Shown: positions 26,663 through 35,832 of the stretch, one piece after another | Layout of the letters: the number at the start of each line of letters is the position of its first letter | Position numbering within the stretch: position 1 is the first letter of the stretch | NCBI GenBank assembly: GCA_963801275.1 | Contig: CAWDEF010000001.1 | Span: 4,015,481-4,079,480, forward strand | Origin: an uncultured Acidobacteriota bacterium | GTDB taxonomy: Bacteria > Acidobacteriota > Thermoanaerobaculia > UBA5066 > Gp7-AA6 | Direction: 5' to 3' | Length of the DNA stretch: 64,000 nt | Translations under genes and position numbers: made by a program | Notes under the pieces: generated by a model | Databases searched by the model: none | What the model was told of the DNA's origin: nothing | What the model saw: the letters and a program-made list of their open reading frames with translations, nothing else

Positions 26663-28438
26663 ATGAGAGACCCTTCTCCGATTGATCCGAAAGAGCCCGT
26701 CAAGGATCTGCTCGCACGGTATCCGCATCTCGCTTCCGCGCTCGCCGCCCACGGTCTCGACGCCTGCTGCGGTGGGGTGCACCCCCTGGAAGAGGCTTGC
26801 CGTGCCAAAGGGCGGAATCTCCAGGAAGTCGTACGCGATCTGGAATCGGCGCACGCGGCCGCCGAGGCGCACAACCTCGTCCCACCCACGATGTCGATCC
26901 GCGAGCTCAAACGGCGCTTCCCCGCGACGCGGCCCGTGCTCGAGCGCTACGGCCTCGGGGATTGCGGAGGAGAGGAAGGCCCGGACGAGCCCCTGGCCTG
27001 GTTCGCAACCGTGCACCGCCTTCCGCTCGACGATTTCCTTCGTGACGTGCGGGAGGCGGCGGTCCGCGATGCGGCCGCGGCCCCGCCGGCGCCCCCGGCC
27101 GGAAAGCCCGCGAGCCTCTTCTCCCCGCACTTCGTCATCGGGTCGCTCTTCCTGACGCTCACTCTGGGGGCGACCACCGGGATGGTGAACCTGCTGCGGA
27201 TCGCGGCCGGCGGCGAAGTGCCGATCGACCACAGGCAGATCCACGGCCACACGCAGGTGCTGGGCTTCGCGGCGCTCTTCCTGATGGGGATCGCCTATCA
27301 CGCGCTGCCGCGCATCCTCGGCGTGGCCGGAGCCGCACCCGGGCGCTCCGTTCGGCCGAGCTTCTGGCTGATGTTCGCGGGCGTCCTGCTGCGGAACATC
27401 GGCCAGCCCTTCGGCCTTCAACCCTGGGGAAGGCTTCTTTCCCTCTTTTCGAGCGCCCTCGAAGTCGCCGCGGCCATCCTCTTCGTCCGTTTCGTCTTCG
27501 CGCTGCTCGCCAAGGTGCGGGAAGGCAAGTACGACCGGACGGATCCGCTCCTGCGCTTCGTGCGGGCCGGCACCCTCTACTTTCTGGCGGCCATGCTGAT
27601 CGTCGGAGCCCAGGGCGTGTGGCTCGCCGGACATGCGGACACCGTGTTGCCGGCCTCCTTGAACGAGAGCTTCTACTTCGCGGCGATCTACGGCTTCCTG
27701 CTCGCCTGGATCTACGGCTTCGGCGACCGGATCGTGTCGCTCTTCCTCGGCGTCGGGCCGGCGCGGCGAGGGACGGCCTCGGCGGCGTTGTGGCTGCAGG
27801 GAGCAGCCGTGGTTCTCTCGCTATTCTCCTGGATTCCCGGCGTGTCCGATTCGGGTGCCCTGCGGCTGCGGGACGCCGGCCTCGGCCTGGTCGCCCTTTC
27901 GGCCTGCTTCTATCTGGCCGGCAACGGGTTCCTCTGGCGCCGCACCAGCTTCCCGATGATGCGCACCCCGGGCTCCCCGACGGTGGCCATCCGGCTGGCC
28001 TTCGGCTGTCTGGCGCTCTGGGCGCTGCTCGAGCTCTCCGCGGTCGTGCTCTCGCGAGCCACGCGTCTGCCGGCTCAGAACCCGTGGTGGGCCGACGCCG
28101 CTCGCCACACGTTCACGATCGGGTTCCTGACGCTTCTGATCGTCGGCATGAGTTTCCGGATTCTGCCCGTCTTCTCGGGCAAGACGCTCTGGTCGCCACG
28201 GCTCGCCTACGCGACTTACGGCCTCCTGCTGCTCGGAGTTGCGTTACGGCTCCTGCAGTACCCGGCCGCGTTCCGGCCGGCTTTCTACATCATCGGCTCC
28301 TACATGGGAATCCCGGTCGTCGCCGCCCTGATTCTGTACCTCGTCAATCTGATGCGGACGATGCGCGGAGGCCGGAAGGTCCGCCCGATCCCGGCCGCGC
28401 CGCGTTCGTCCTTCGCCTCGACGCTGCCGGTGCGATAA
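26663..28438 (+). CDS. nnrS: Fusion protein: two N-terminal DUF1858 (ScdA_N-like) domains + NnrS-family heme-copper membrane protein
   Basis: Two tandem DUF1858 modules (DLLARYPHLASALAAHGLDACCGG...; ELKRRFPATRPVLERYGLGDCGG...). About 12 TM helices with conserved His (IDHRQIHGHTQVLG...YHALP). Start is chosen at ATG 26663; 26615 is an alternative. Confidence 0.65.
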   Translation: MRDPSPIDPKEPVKDLLARYPHLASALAAHGLDACCGGVHPLEEACRAKGRNLQEVVRDLESAHAAAEAHNLVPPTMSIRELKRRFPATRPVLERYGLGDCGGEEGPDEPLAWFATVHRLPLDDFLRDVREAAVRDAAAAPPAPPAGKPASLFSPHFVIGSLFLTLTLGATTGMVNLLRIAAGGEVPIDHRQIHGHTQVLGFAALFLMGIAYHALPRILGVAGAAPGRSVRPSFWLMFAGVLLRNIGQPFGLQPWGRLLSLFSSALEVAAAILFVRFVFALLAKVREGKYDRTDPLLRFVRAGTLYFLAAMLIVGAQGVWLAGHADTVLPASLNESFYFAAIYGFLLAWIYGFGDRIVSLFLGVGPARRGTASAALWLQGAAVVLSLFSWIPGVSDSGALRLRDAGLGLVALSACFYLAGNGFLWRRTSFPMMRTPGSPTVAIRLAFGCLALWALLELSAVVLSRATRLPAQNPWWADAARHTFTIGFLTLLIVGMSFRILPVFSGKTLWSPRLAYATYGLLLLGVALRLLQYPAAFRPAFYIIGSYMGIPVVAALILYLVNLMRTMRGGRKVRPIPAAPRSSFASTLPVR

Positions 28439-28446
28439 TCGCCGGC

Positions 28447-29133
28447 GTGCCGGCGCGCCCGCCGATTCCGTTCAACGCCATCCCGATCCTCGCCCCGCTG
28501 ACGCCGGAGGACCAGGCGGAGCTTGGCCCTCTCTGCGAGCTGCGCGCCTTCGAGAAGGGCACCGCGCTCTTCGAGGAGGGCCAGCCGGCCCTGTTCATCC
28601 ACTTCCTGTTCGTCGGGCGCGTGAAGATCGTCAAGGCCGCTCCCGAACGCGACTTGATCCTCGAGATCCTGGGCCCGGGCGAGCCAGTCGGCGCCGTGGC
28701 CGTCTTCGAGCGCCGCCCCTTCCCGGCCTCTGCCGTGGCCCTGGAGTCCTGCGGGACGGTCTCGATCCCCGAGCGCGAGTTCTTCCAGTTGATCGAGAAG
28801 CGCCCCGAGATCACGCGTCGGATTCTCGCAGGCCTGACCCTGCGCATGATGGCCTTGAACCGACGACTGGCCGACATGACGGGCTCGGTCGAGTATCGGG
28901 CAGCCCGGCTTTTCACCACACTCGCGGAGCGGGGGGGACAGAAGCGCTCTGAGGGGATCTTCGTTCCGCTCCGCCTCTCGCGCCAGGAGATCGCCGATCT
29001 CGTCGGCACCACTGTCGAGACCGCGATTCGCCTGATGAGTCGATGGCAGAAGGACGGCGTCATCGACACGGAGAAGGAAGGGTTTCTCATCCGGCAGATC
29101 GGGGCGCTCCGGCAGATCGCGCCCTCGGACTGA
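28447..29133 (+). CDS. Crp/Fnr family transcriptional regulator
   Basis: GTG start. cNMP-binding beta-roll (LCELRAFEKGTALFEEGQPA..., ILGPGEPVGAV) and a C-terminal HTH (SRQEIADLVGTTVETAIRLMS). Confidence 0.75.
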   Translation: MPARPPIPFNAIPILAPLTPEDQAELGPLCELRAFEKGTALFEEGQPALFIHFLFVGRVKIVKAAPERDLILEILGPGEPVGAVAVFERRPFPASAVALESCGTVSIPEREFFQLIEKRPEITRRILAGLTLRMMALNRRLADMTGSVEYRAARLFTTLAERGGQKRSEGIFVPLRLSRQEIADLVGTTVETAIRLMSRWQKDGVIDTEKEGFLIRQIGALRQIAPSD

Positions 29134-29176
29134 GGCGGGCCGAGCGGGGACGCCGGATCCTCGGGATCCGTGCGCT

Positions 29177-30562
29177 TCAGTGCAGGTGGGCGGTCGGGTT
29201 GCCCGGCGGCAGCACGTCGAAGGCCGGGTGGTCGGCGTTGCCACGTGCCAGGATCATCGCGTACAGGAAGGGCGCGAAGCTCGTCGCGCGCCGTCCATTG
29301 ATGGCGACGATCGGCGTCCCGTCCGAGTCGTACTGAGAAGCCGCGGCGATGTCCTGTTCGAGCTTCGCCCGGGTGTCGTCCGCCGCCAGGCACGCGGTCA
29401 GGGCGTCGCGCGAGACGTAGGGAGCCGCGAGATCCAGCACTTTCGCCCGGGTCAGCCCCTTCTGATTGGCGAAGAGCGCGCCCGCGAACTCGGGCTCGCG
29501 TCCGGTCGGCCCGACGCAGAGTCTCGCTGCGGCGGCGGCGCAGCGGACATCGTCGCCCTGTCCGGGCACGAATCGAGGATTGCAGCGTCCGTCCAGGGGG
29601 TATTGCCGCGCGTCGATGCTGAAGCTGCCGGGTGATGTATGGGTTCGCAGAGCCTGGAGCGTTTCGTAGAGACCGGCGCAGTGCTCGCAGAGGATGTCCG
29701 TGAACTCCGTGATTCGCACGGGGGCCATGGTCGAGCCGACCAGATCCCGGGGCGGCGGCAGCGTCGCGGGGGGCGAAGCCCGAAAGATGGCGAGCGAGTC
29801 GGCCAGCGTCTGCTGCGAGACCGGATCGAGGCTCGCGACGAGCTCCTCGATTGCCCGATCCCTCCGGGGATCTCCTGTCCCCTTGCGGGGAGGTTCGGGG
29901 TTCGCGGCCTCGGAGGCCCCGGCGGCGGCCGCAGCCTCGGCGACCGCCCGGCGGCCGGCTTCGCCGCTCACCTTCGGAGTGCGCAATCCCGGATACAGCA
30001 GGAGCAGGAAGGCCGCCGCGGCGCAGCCGAGCGAGAGCGCTGCGGCACGGCCTCGCTGGGGCAGCCCCGCCGCGCGCCAGGACCAGAGGGCGATCACCCC
30101 GTAGGCACCGACGAAGAGGTAGGTTCCGACACAACCCACACAGATGGTTCCGGCAGCGAGGCTCGCGGCCGCCAGGCCGGCAACCGTGAGCACACCCGCT
30201 CCGGCCGTCATCCGCACGGCCGACACGAGCACGGCCGAGGGCGCGCCGCCCGAGGCGAGCCGGGCGAGGCCCGAGAGCGCCAGCGCGAAGGCGACGGCGC
30301 TCCACGCGAGGCCCCAACCCGCGATCGGCAGGCCGGTTGCCTCGTGGACGGCCGAGGCGAGCGCGCCGTTCCAGACGCCGGCGCAGTCGAACCTCCCGCC
30401 GAAGCTGCAGAAGGAGCCCCCGCCCGAGCGGAAGATCACCAGCTCCGCCCAGAGGAGCGACGACCACAGGGCAGACGCCGCCCCGAGAGCCGCGAGCGCC
30501 GCCCAGCCCGATGGGTCAGGGGAGCCGCGTCGCGCCGCGGCCGTTTTCTCCGTCTTCTTCAT
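29177..30562 (-). CDS. VKOR (vitamin K epoxide reductase) domain fused to a DsbA/thioredoxin-like domain
   Basis: N-terminal 5-TM VKOR region with CxxC (CVGC) and paired Cys (CSFGGRFDC). C-terminal Trx fold has a CEHC active site (FTDILCEHCAG). Confidence 0.75.
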   Translation of the reverse strand: MKKTEKTAAARRGSPDPSGWAALAALGAASALWSSLLWAELVIFRSGGGSFCSFGGRFDCAGVWNGALASAVHEATGLPIAGWGLAWSAVAFALALSGLARLASGGAPSAVLVSAVRMTAGAGVLTVAGLAAASLAAGTICVGCVGTYLFVGAYGVIALWSWRAAGLPQRGRAAALSLGCAAAAFLLLLYPGLRTPKVSGEAGRRAVAEAAAAAGASEAANPEPPRKGTGDPRRDRAIEELVASLDPVSQQTLADSLAIFRASPPATLPPPRDLVGSTMAPVRITEFTDILCEHCAGLYETLQALRTHTSPGSFSIDARQYPLDGRCNPRFVPGQGDDVRCAAAAARLCVGPTGREPEFAGALFANQKGLTRAKVLDLAAPYVSRDALTACLAADDTRAKLEQDIAAASQYDSDGTPIVAINGRRATSFAPFLYAMILARGNADHPAFDVLPPGNPTAHLH

Positions 30563-30628
30563 GCCCGCATTCTGACACCAGGGGCGCGGCAGCCCGGGGC
30601 CGCTCCGCAGGCCGGTCTCCCCGCGAAA

Positions 30629-31870
30629 CTATGAGGAGGGCTCGTCTGCCCGGGGCCTCAGCTTTCGAGCTACGTACGGCCTAGCGAGCGCCCGCATCGC
30701 CGCGAGCTTCCAGCCGTAGACCCTCGACCGCAGGCTCGGCGCCGCCAGATCCGCGCACTCTTCCGGCTGCACCACGAGCGAAACCTCGATCGGCAGGATC
30801 CCGACCGGCAGGCCGGCGTCCCGACAGGCCTCGTAGAGGTGCGCGAAGACTTCCTTCATCTCGTCGGGATTCGGCGGAGGAGCGGCCTCGAGCTCGCTCC
30901 CGACCGTCGGCCGGAAGATGCAGACCGTCGGAAAGGCTCCGGCCGCGACGATCCGGTCGATCCCGCGCTTGGTCGCCGCGACGGGCTCGAGGCCTGCGAT
31001 GATCTCACCCGAGACGCGGCCCCGCCCGAGCCGCCTGGAGGTGTACTCCATCGCCTCGAAGAACCCTTCCTGGCCGAGGGTGGCGGCCTTGCCGGGACAG
31101 AGCCGGCTGAAATACTCGGGGTCCTCGAACTCGTAGCAAAAGGAGAAGTGGTCGGCGCCGGCGTCGATCAGTTCGTCGTACTCGGAGAACTTTCGGCGGG
31201 GCACGGGCATCGCCTGAACACCGATGAACCCGCCCACCTGCCGGCGTAGCGCCCGGACGTAGGGCTCGCACTGGCGAAGGCCATGAATCGGTTCGAGGCG
31301 ATCGACCTCCTCGAAGTGGTAACCGGTGTTCAAGTGCGTGAAGACGGAGCCCGATTCCTCGCGGGCGGCCAACGCCACCTCGACGACGTCCTCGACTCTT
31401 TTTCTGGCCTGCTCGGCGACACCGACGTTGACTCCCGTCGTGCAGAACTTGCACGCTTGCGACGGCGTCTGTGCCCAGTACATGCACCCATTGGACACGT
31501 AGACTCCGAGGTAGTTTCCCTGGAGGACCCCGATGCGACTCATCGGAACGCCGGAAGAGGTCGTGCGCGAATACCAGGCCGGCTCTTCCGGAACCTCGAC
31601 GCCGTAGGTGCTTCCCGTGCGGTCGTCGATGAGGCCGTAGCGGCCCTTCTCCCGCACGAGGCGAAACGGCGAGGAGGCGGCGAACGCCTCGACCACGGGC
31701 ACGTTGACCCAGATCGGCTTTCTGGACGCCGGTAGCACGATCTCGAGCCCGGATCCAAGCCCCGCTCGCGTGCGCGCGATCCTCCGACCGTCCTCGTCGA
31801 GCGTGCAACTCTCGTCGATCCGCATCCCGCGGCAAAAGAGCTCGATTTCCAGTTCGACGGGCGATGGCAT
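30629..31870 (-). CDS. Radical-SAM-like Fe-S enzyme with non-canonical CX10CX2C loop; unknown N-terminal domain
   Basis: LGVYVSNGCMYWAQTPSQACKFCTTG resembles a radical-SAM cluster loop with a 10-residue insertion. There are several additional Cys pairs. It lies 66 bp upstream of the VKOR gene on the same strand. Confidence 0.45.
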   Translation of the reverse strand: MPSPVELEIELFCRGMRIDESCTLDEDGRRIARTRAGLGSGLEIVLPASRKPIWVNVPVVEAFAASSPFRLVREKGRYGLIDDRTGSTYGVEVPEEPAWYSRTTSSGVPMSRIGVLQGNYLGVYVSNGCMYWAQTPSQACKFCTTGVNVGVAEQARKRVEDVVEVALAAREESGSVFTHLNTGYHFEEVDRLEPIHGLRQCEPYVRALRRQVGGFIGVQAMPVPRRKFSEYDELIDAGADHFSFCYEFEDPEYFSRLCPGKAATLGQEGFFEAMEYTSRRLGRGRVSGEIIAGLEPVAATKRGIDRIVAAGAFPTVCIFRPTVGSELEAAPPPNPDEMKEVFAHLYEACRDAGLPVGILPIEVSLVVQPEECADLAAPSLRSRVYGWKLAAMRALARPYVARKLRPRADEPSS

Positions 31871-31933
31871 CGTGGGCAGGTTAGGCCCCCGCCGAGACGG
31901 ACGGCATGATGCAGATCATTCAGACGCCCGCCT

Positions 31934-31953
31934 TTCAATTTGATCCATTTGAA
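31934..31953. promoter_or_regulatory. Palindrome TTCAA-N10-TTGAA (inner TGAT-N8-ATCA) in the divergent intergenic region
   Basis: ttcaatttgatccatttgaa is seen directly. It is an AT-rich island in GC-rich DNA between the radical-SAM-like gene and the HTH gene. Confidence 0.3.
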
Positions 31954-32105
31954 TCACCCCGCGACCCCGGCCCAGGCGCTAGAACCGTACCGAGCGGCCC
32001 AGACGTGGCAAGGTATGCGAAGCAGATCAAACCGATCACCGGCATTACGCCGGTCGCGGTCACTGCCCCGGCCCGGCGGCCGGCCAAGTTTCATGGAGAG
32101 AACGC

Positions 32106-32336
32106 ATGAGCCAAGGCAGAAAAAAGACCCCGCCCCCGGAAAGTGAGGCGCCGGAATTCCTTTCGCGCGGAGAGGTCGCCCGCCTCTTCGGCGTTTCGGT
32201 CTCAACCGTCACCCGCTGGGCGCGGACAGGCCTGATCAAGGCCGTGCGAACGCCCGGCGGCCATTATCGTTTCCGGGCCGAGGAGACGCGCCAGGCTGCC
32301 CGCCCGGTGACGGAACCCCTCGCCCGGCTCGACTGA
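32106..32336 (+). CDS. Small HTH DNA-binding protein (MerR/excisionase-family HTH_17-like)
   Basis: FLSRGEVARLFGVSVSTVTRWARTGLIKAVRTPGGHYRF is a typical HTH_17 motif. Confidence 0.55.
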   Translation: MSQGRKKTPPPESEAPEFLSRGEVARLFGVSVSTVTRWARTGLIKAVRTPGGHYRFRAEETRQAARPVTEPLARLD

Positions 32337-32373
32337 CGCCGATGAGCGGCGGCTGTCGACCGAGGAGAATCTC

Positions 32374-33024
32374 ATGAAGGCGATCTTCGAGAGGAGCAAC
32401 CGGTTTCTCGCGGAACCGCTGCAGCCTGGGCCGCGGCTGCTGATCGTCCTGGCGTTCCTGCTCCTGATTCCGACATACCTGCTCCCGCTCTGGCAGGTAA
32501 CGCTGGTCGCTCCGGAGCATCCGGACGGCCTGCGGCTGTCGATCTACAGTTACAAACTCGAGGGTGGCAACGGCGGTCGGGACATTCCGGAGATCAACGT
32601 CCTGAACCGCTCCATCGGCATGAAGGAGCTGACGGCCGCGGAGTTCATGGAGTTCAAGTGGATCCCGTTCGTGGTCGGGATGCTCGCCTTGCTCTTCCTT
32701 CGCGCGCCGGTGCACGGCAAGCTGAGCGACCTGATCGACGTCGTCGTTCTCTACGTCTATTTCGGTCTCTTCCTGCTCTGGTCCTTCGGCTACGAGCTCT
32801 ACGCCTACGGCCATGACCTGGCGCCGACGGCCCCGGTCAGCGTTCCGCCCTTCATGCCGCCGCTCTTCGGCTCCAGGAAGCTCGCGGACTTCGAGGTGTC
32901 CTCCTATCCGGCCGCGGGGTCGTACTTTCTGGCGGCGGTCGCGGTGACCCTGCTCGTCGCCTTCGTCGTCGCCTTCCGGCAGACGCGGCAGGAGCAGGCC
33001 GCAGAGGCTCGGTCGGCCGGCTGA
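32374..33024 (+). CDS. Hypothetical membrane protein (4-5 TM)
   Basis: Hydrophobic helices. No recognisable family. Confidence 0.4.
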   Translation: MKAIFERSNRFLAEPLQPGPRLLIVLAFLLLIPTYLLPLWQVTLVAPEHPDGLRLSIYSYKLEGGNGGRDIPEINVLNRSIGMKELTAAEFMEFKWIPFVVGMLALLFLRAPVHGKLSDLIDVVVLYVYFGLFLLWSFGYELYAYGHDLAPTAPVSVPPFMPPLFGSRKLADFEVSSYPAAGSYFLAAVAVTLLVAFVVAFRQTRQEQAAEARSAG

Positions 33025-33083
33025 CCCTGCTCGCGCCCGGGCGCTCCCCGCGCGCCGCCTCGAGAGGGTAGAACGAAGGTCCT

Positions 33084-35744
33084 CTAGGGCAACCGCTCGA
33101 GCGAGCGCGTGCGGACCTCGAAGGCTCCCCGCCCGTAGGTCCCGGCGGCCATGCGTCCGGTCGCCGGATCGAGCTCCAGGTCTCTCACGTCGGCGGGTGG
33201 CAGCCCGTCGTTGTAGCTCTCCCAGGCCCAGCTCGTCTGGCGGACAAGGTGACGCCGGCAGCGATAGACGCCCTTGGACGTCGCCGCATAGATCGTCAGG
33301 CGGTTGCCCGAGTCGACGGCCAGCGCGTTGACGCAGAGGCCCGAAGGCAGGTTGCCCGTGATGTCCGTGGCGACCGTGTCCGAAGCGCTCGGGACTCCGG
33401 ATTGCCGGCGCAATTGATAGATGCGGCCTTTGGTCTGTGCGCACTTTCGATCCAGCACCGTCGCGTTCGCGAACGAGGCGTAGAGGAACTGGGGCCGGAT
33501 CGCGTCCACTTCCAGGTCAGAGACCGGCAGGGAGACCGGGTGCGTGAAGACCTCCTGGAAATTGGCAGCGCCTGGCCCGGCATAGACGTTTCCGTCGGAT
33601 CCTCCGACCCAATAGATGTTTCCGCCGGAGTCGACCGCGGATCGTACGGCCAGGCCCGAGGAAGGCACGAAGACCGGATTCCACGTTCCTCCTGCCGGAA
33701 TGGCGGGAAGGCCGAGCCAGAGGGCGGCGCAGGAGGCGAGGAGAATCCCGCTCTGCGTGGGGTGAGATTGCAGGTGGAAGGTCTGATTGTAGGAAAAGCA
33801 CTTGGCGGGGCTCTGAATCAGAAAGTCCGCGAACGTCGCACCTCCGTCGAAGGAGTCCTGAACGGTCTTTCCGTCCTGCCCGGTGACGAACAGGTTGTCC
33901 TCGTTCCCCGCGTCAATCGCGACACCTCCGCCGTCTCCTCCGCAGCCGGCGCAAACCTGGGGAAAGGATCCCACCACTGGCTGGATGTGATCCCACACAG
34001 GGCTGCCGGAGTAGCGGAGATTTCCGTTGTCCTGGGTGGCGGCGATAAGGCGCTCGGAGGGAGTCCGCGCGCGAGCGAGGCCGTAGATCTCCGCATTGGT
34101 GATACCGGCGCCGATGAACGCCCAGGTTCCCTCTTTTGCGTGGTCCGTCGAGCGGTAGACGCCGCCATCGGTCGTCGCGAAGATGATGGAAGGATTCCCG
34201 GGCTGAAAGGCCCATCCGTGATAGTCGCCGTGAGGCGCATACGGCTGTCGGTCTTCCTTGCCCTCCGAGGGCAGCCGCGCGAAGTGGGCGCCGCCGTCGA
34301 TCGAGATCCGAAGGACGGGCCCGGCGAGGTACAGAGTGTCGGCGTTGGTCGGGTCGCTGGCCATGACCCAGCCGCGACAATCGGCATCGGTGACTCCGGT
34401 GCATCGAAAGCGGCCGAGCCAGCTCACGCCGCCGTTGGTCGTGCGAAAAAGGGCATGGGTCTCGTAGGTCTTTGTTCCCACCGACTGAAACCCGCCCAAC
34501 AACGCGTAGACCGTGGCCGGCGAAGCGGCGCTGGCGCGGCTCAGCGCGAGGCGAATGCCCGTGGCCGGTGAGACCTCGACGGCCGGGAGTGCGGACTGAA
34601 GCTGCCACGGCGTCAAACCGCCGTCCTCGGTCTTGTAGACGCCGTGCCCCTGGATCGCGGCGTAGAGTGTGAGGTGGTCGAACGGATCCATCACGACCGC
34701 CGTAGCCGATCCGTCGGGCTCCGTCCCGGCACCAACTTTCAGCGAGACGGCCCACGTCGCGCCGCCGTCATCGGAGCGCAGGAGGCCGTCGTCGCTCGTC
34801 AGGTAGAGGACCTGGGGCGTCACGGGATCGACGAGGAGAACGGTCCGGTCGCCATCCCCGGTGTTGCGGCGCAGGTGCAGGTCCTTGGCCGCGACGTTCT
34901 TCCAGCTCGAGCCTCCGTCGTCCGAGCGGAAGATCCCCGCGTCGACCATTGCGGCGTAGACGCGCCCCGGCGCATCGGGATCGGCGGCGAGTGCCGCCAC
35001 GGCAAGCGTCGGGAAGCTGTCGGTGAGCGGTTGCCAGGACTTGCCTCCATTGGTCGTCTTCCAGATCCCGGTGCCTTCGTGCCCGAGCTCGCCGGGCGAG
35101 CCTACGTAGATCGTCTTCGGGTTGGCCGGATCGATGGCGATCGCCGCGAGACGGCCCGACGCGCCGTAGGTGCCGAGCGTCAGCCCGGGAACCGGAGGGG
35201 CGACCACATTGCGGGGTCCGACGGAGACCCACTGGCCCGGAAGCGGAGGCACGAAGACCAGGTGCTTGAGCGCGACGTTGTTCGCCGTCGCGGCGCGCCC
35301 GGCGACACCGTCGACATCCGGATTCACGGAAACGTCGAGCTCGTTGATCCAGCGGGGAATCGTGAGGGTTCGCGAGACGTAGACCGCTTCCCCCGAGCTC
35401 AACCCGACGACCAGGTCCGGGTTCTCCGACCCTCGGGCCAAAAGAGGCCCCGACGAGACGCGAATGCGGAAGGGGCTTCGGGCTTCGCCACCCGCATTGA
35501 CGACGCGAAAACTCACCGTGATTCGGTGCGACCGCGTGTCGGACGGGTCGGTATAGACGGAAAGCGCTTCCACCTGGGGGTCCGGACTCTGGGCACGGAG
35601 GACATCTTCGGAGACCGGGCCAAGCAGGATCGCGGCCAAGAGAATCGTCTCCAGGATTCGGAAGGGGGCGCAGGTGAGACGGCGTCCGAGCTCGCCGGGA
35701 GGCTTGGGCCTCGCCGGGATCCGTGAACTCGGAGGAGAGGCCAT
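33084..35744 (-). CDS. Secreted CARDB-like + BNR/Asp-box repeat protein (paralog of 14130-17045)
   Basis: ATG at 35744 with RBS GGAGGG and a signal peptide. N-terminal CARDB-like domain, then repeated S-x-D-G-G-x-x-W/F (TTNGGKSW, SDDGGSSW, SDDGGATW, TTNGGVSW, SIDGGAHF, SFDGGATF). Confidence 0.7.
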   Translation of the reverse strand: MASPPSSRIPARPKPPGELGRRLTCAPFRILETILLAAILLGPVSEDVLRAQSPDPQVEALSVYTDPSDTRSHRITVSFRVVNAGGEARSPFRIRVSSGPLLARGSENPDLVVGLSSGEAVYVSRTLTIPRWINELDVSVNPDVDGVAGRAATANNVALKHLVFVPPLPGQWVSVGPRNVVAPPVPGLTLGTYGASGRLAAIAIDPANPKTIYVGSPGELGHEGTGIWKTTNGGKSWQPLTDSFPTLAVAALAADPDAPGRVYAAMVDAGIFRSDDGGSSWKNVAAKDLHLRRNTGDGDRTVLLVDPVTPQVLYLTSDDGLLRSDDGGATWAVSLKVGAGTEPDGSATAVVMDPFDHLTLYAAIQGHGVYKTEDGGLTPWQLQSALPAVEVSPATGIRLALSRASAASPATVYALLGGFQSVGTKTYETHALFRTTNGGVSWLGRFRCTGVTDADCRGWVMASDPTNADTLYLAGPVLRISIDGGAHFARLPSEGKEDRQPYAPHGDYHGWAFQPGNPSIIFATTDGGVYRSTDHAKEGTWAFIGAGITNAEIYGLARARTPSERLIAATQDNGNLRYSGSPVWDHIQPVVGSFPQVCAGCGGDGGGVAIDAGNEDNLFVTGQDGKTVQDSFDGGATFADFLIQSPAKCFSYNQTFHLQSHPTQSGILLASCAALWLGLPAIPAGGTWNPVFVPSSGLAVRSAVDSGGNIYWVGGSDGNVYAGPGAANFQEVFTHPVSLPVSDLEVDAIRPQFLYASFANATVLDRKCAQTKGRIYQLRRQSGVPSASDTVATDITGNLPSGLCVNALAVDSGNRLTIYAATSKGVYRCRRHLVRQTSWAWESYNDGLPPADVRDLELDPATGRMAAGTYGRGAFEVRTRSLERLP

Positions 35745-35832
35745 GCCCTCCGGACGGGCAATCACGAATGCAAGAATACCATCCGAAGGCCGGGCCTTCC
35801 GCGGTCCTGCAGTAGACTCGCGGCGACCGAGA

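Noticed and set aside
28344-30467. 707-aa minus-strand ORF in an alternative frame over the VKOR-Trx gene
   Set aside because: Arg-rich nonsense. The 29177-30562 frame carries the VKOR and CxxC thioredoxin motifs.
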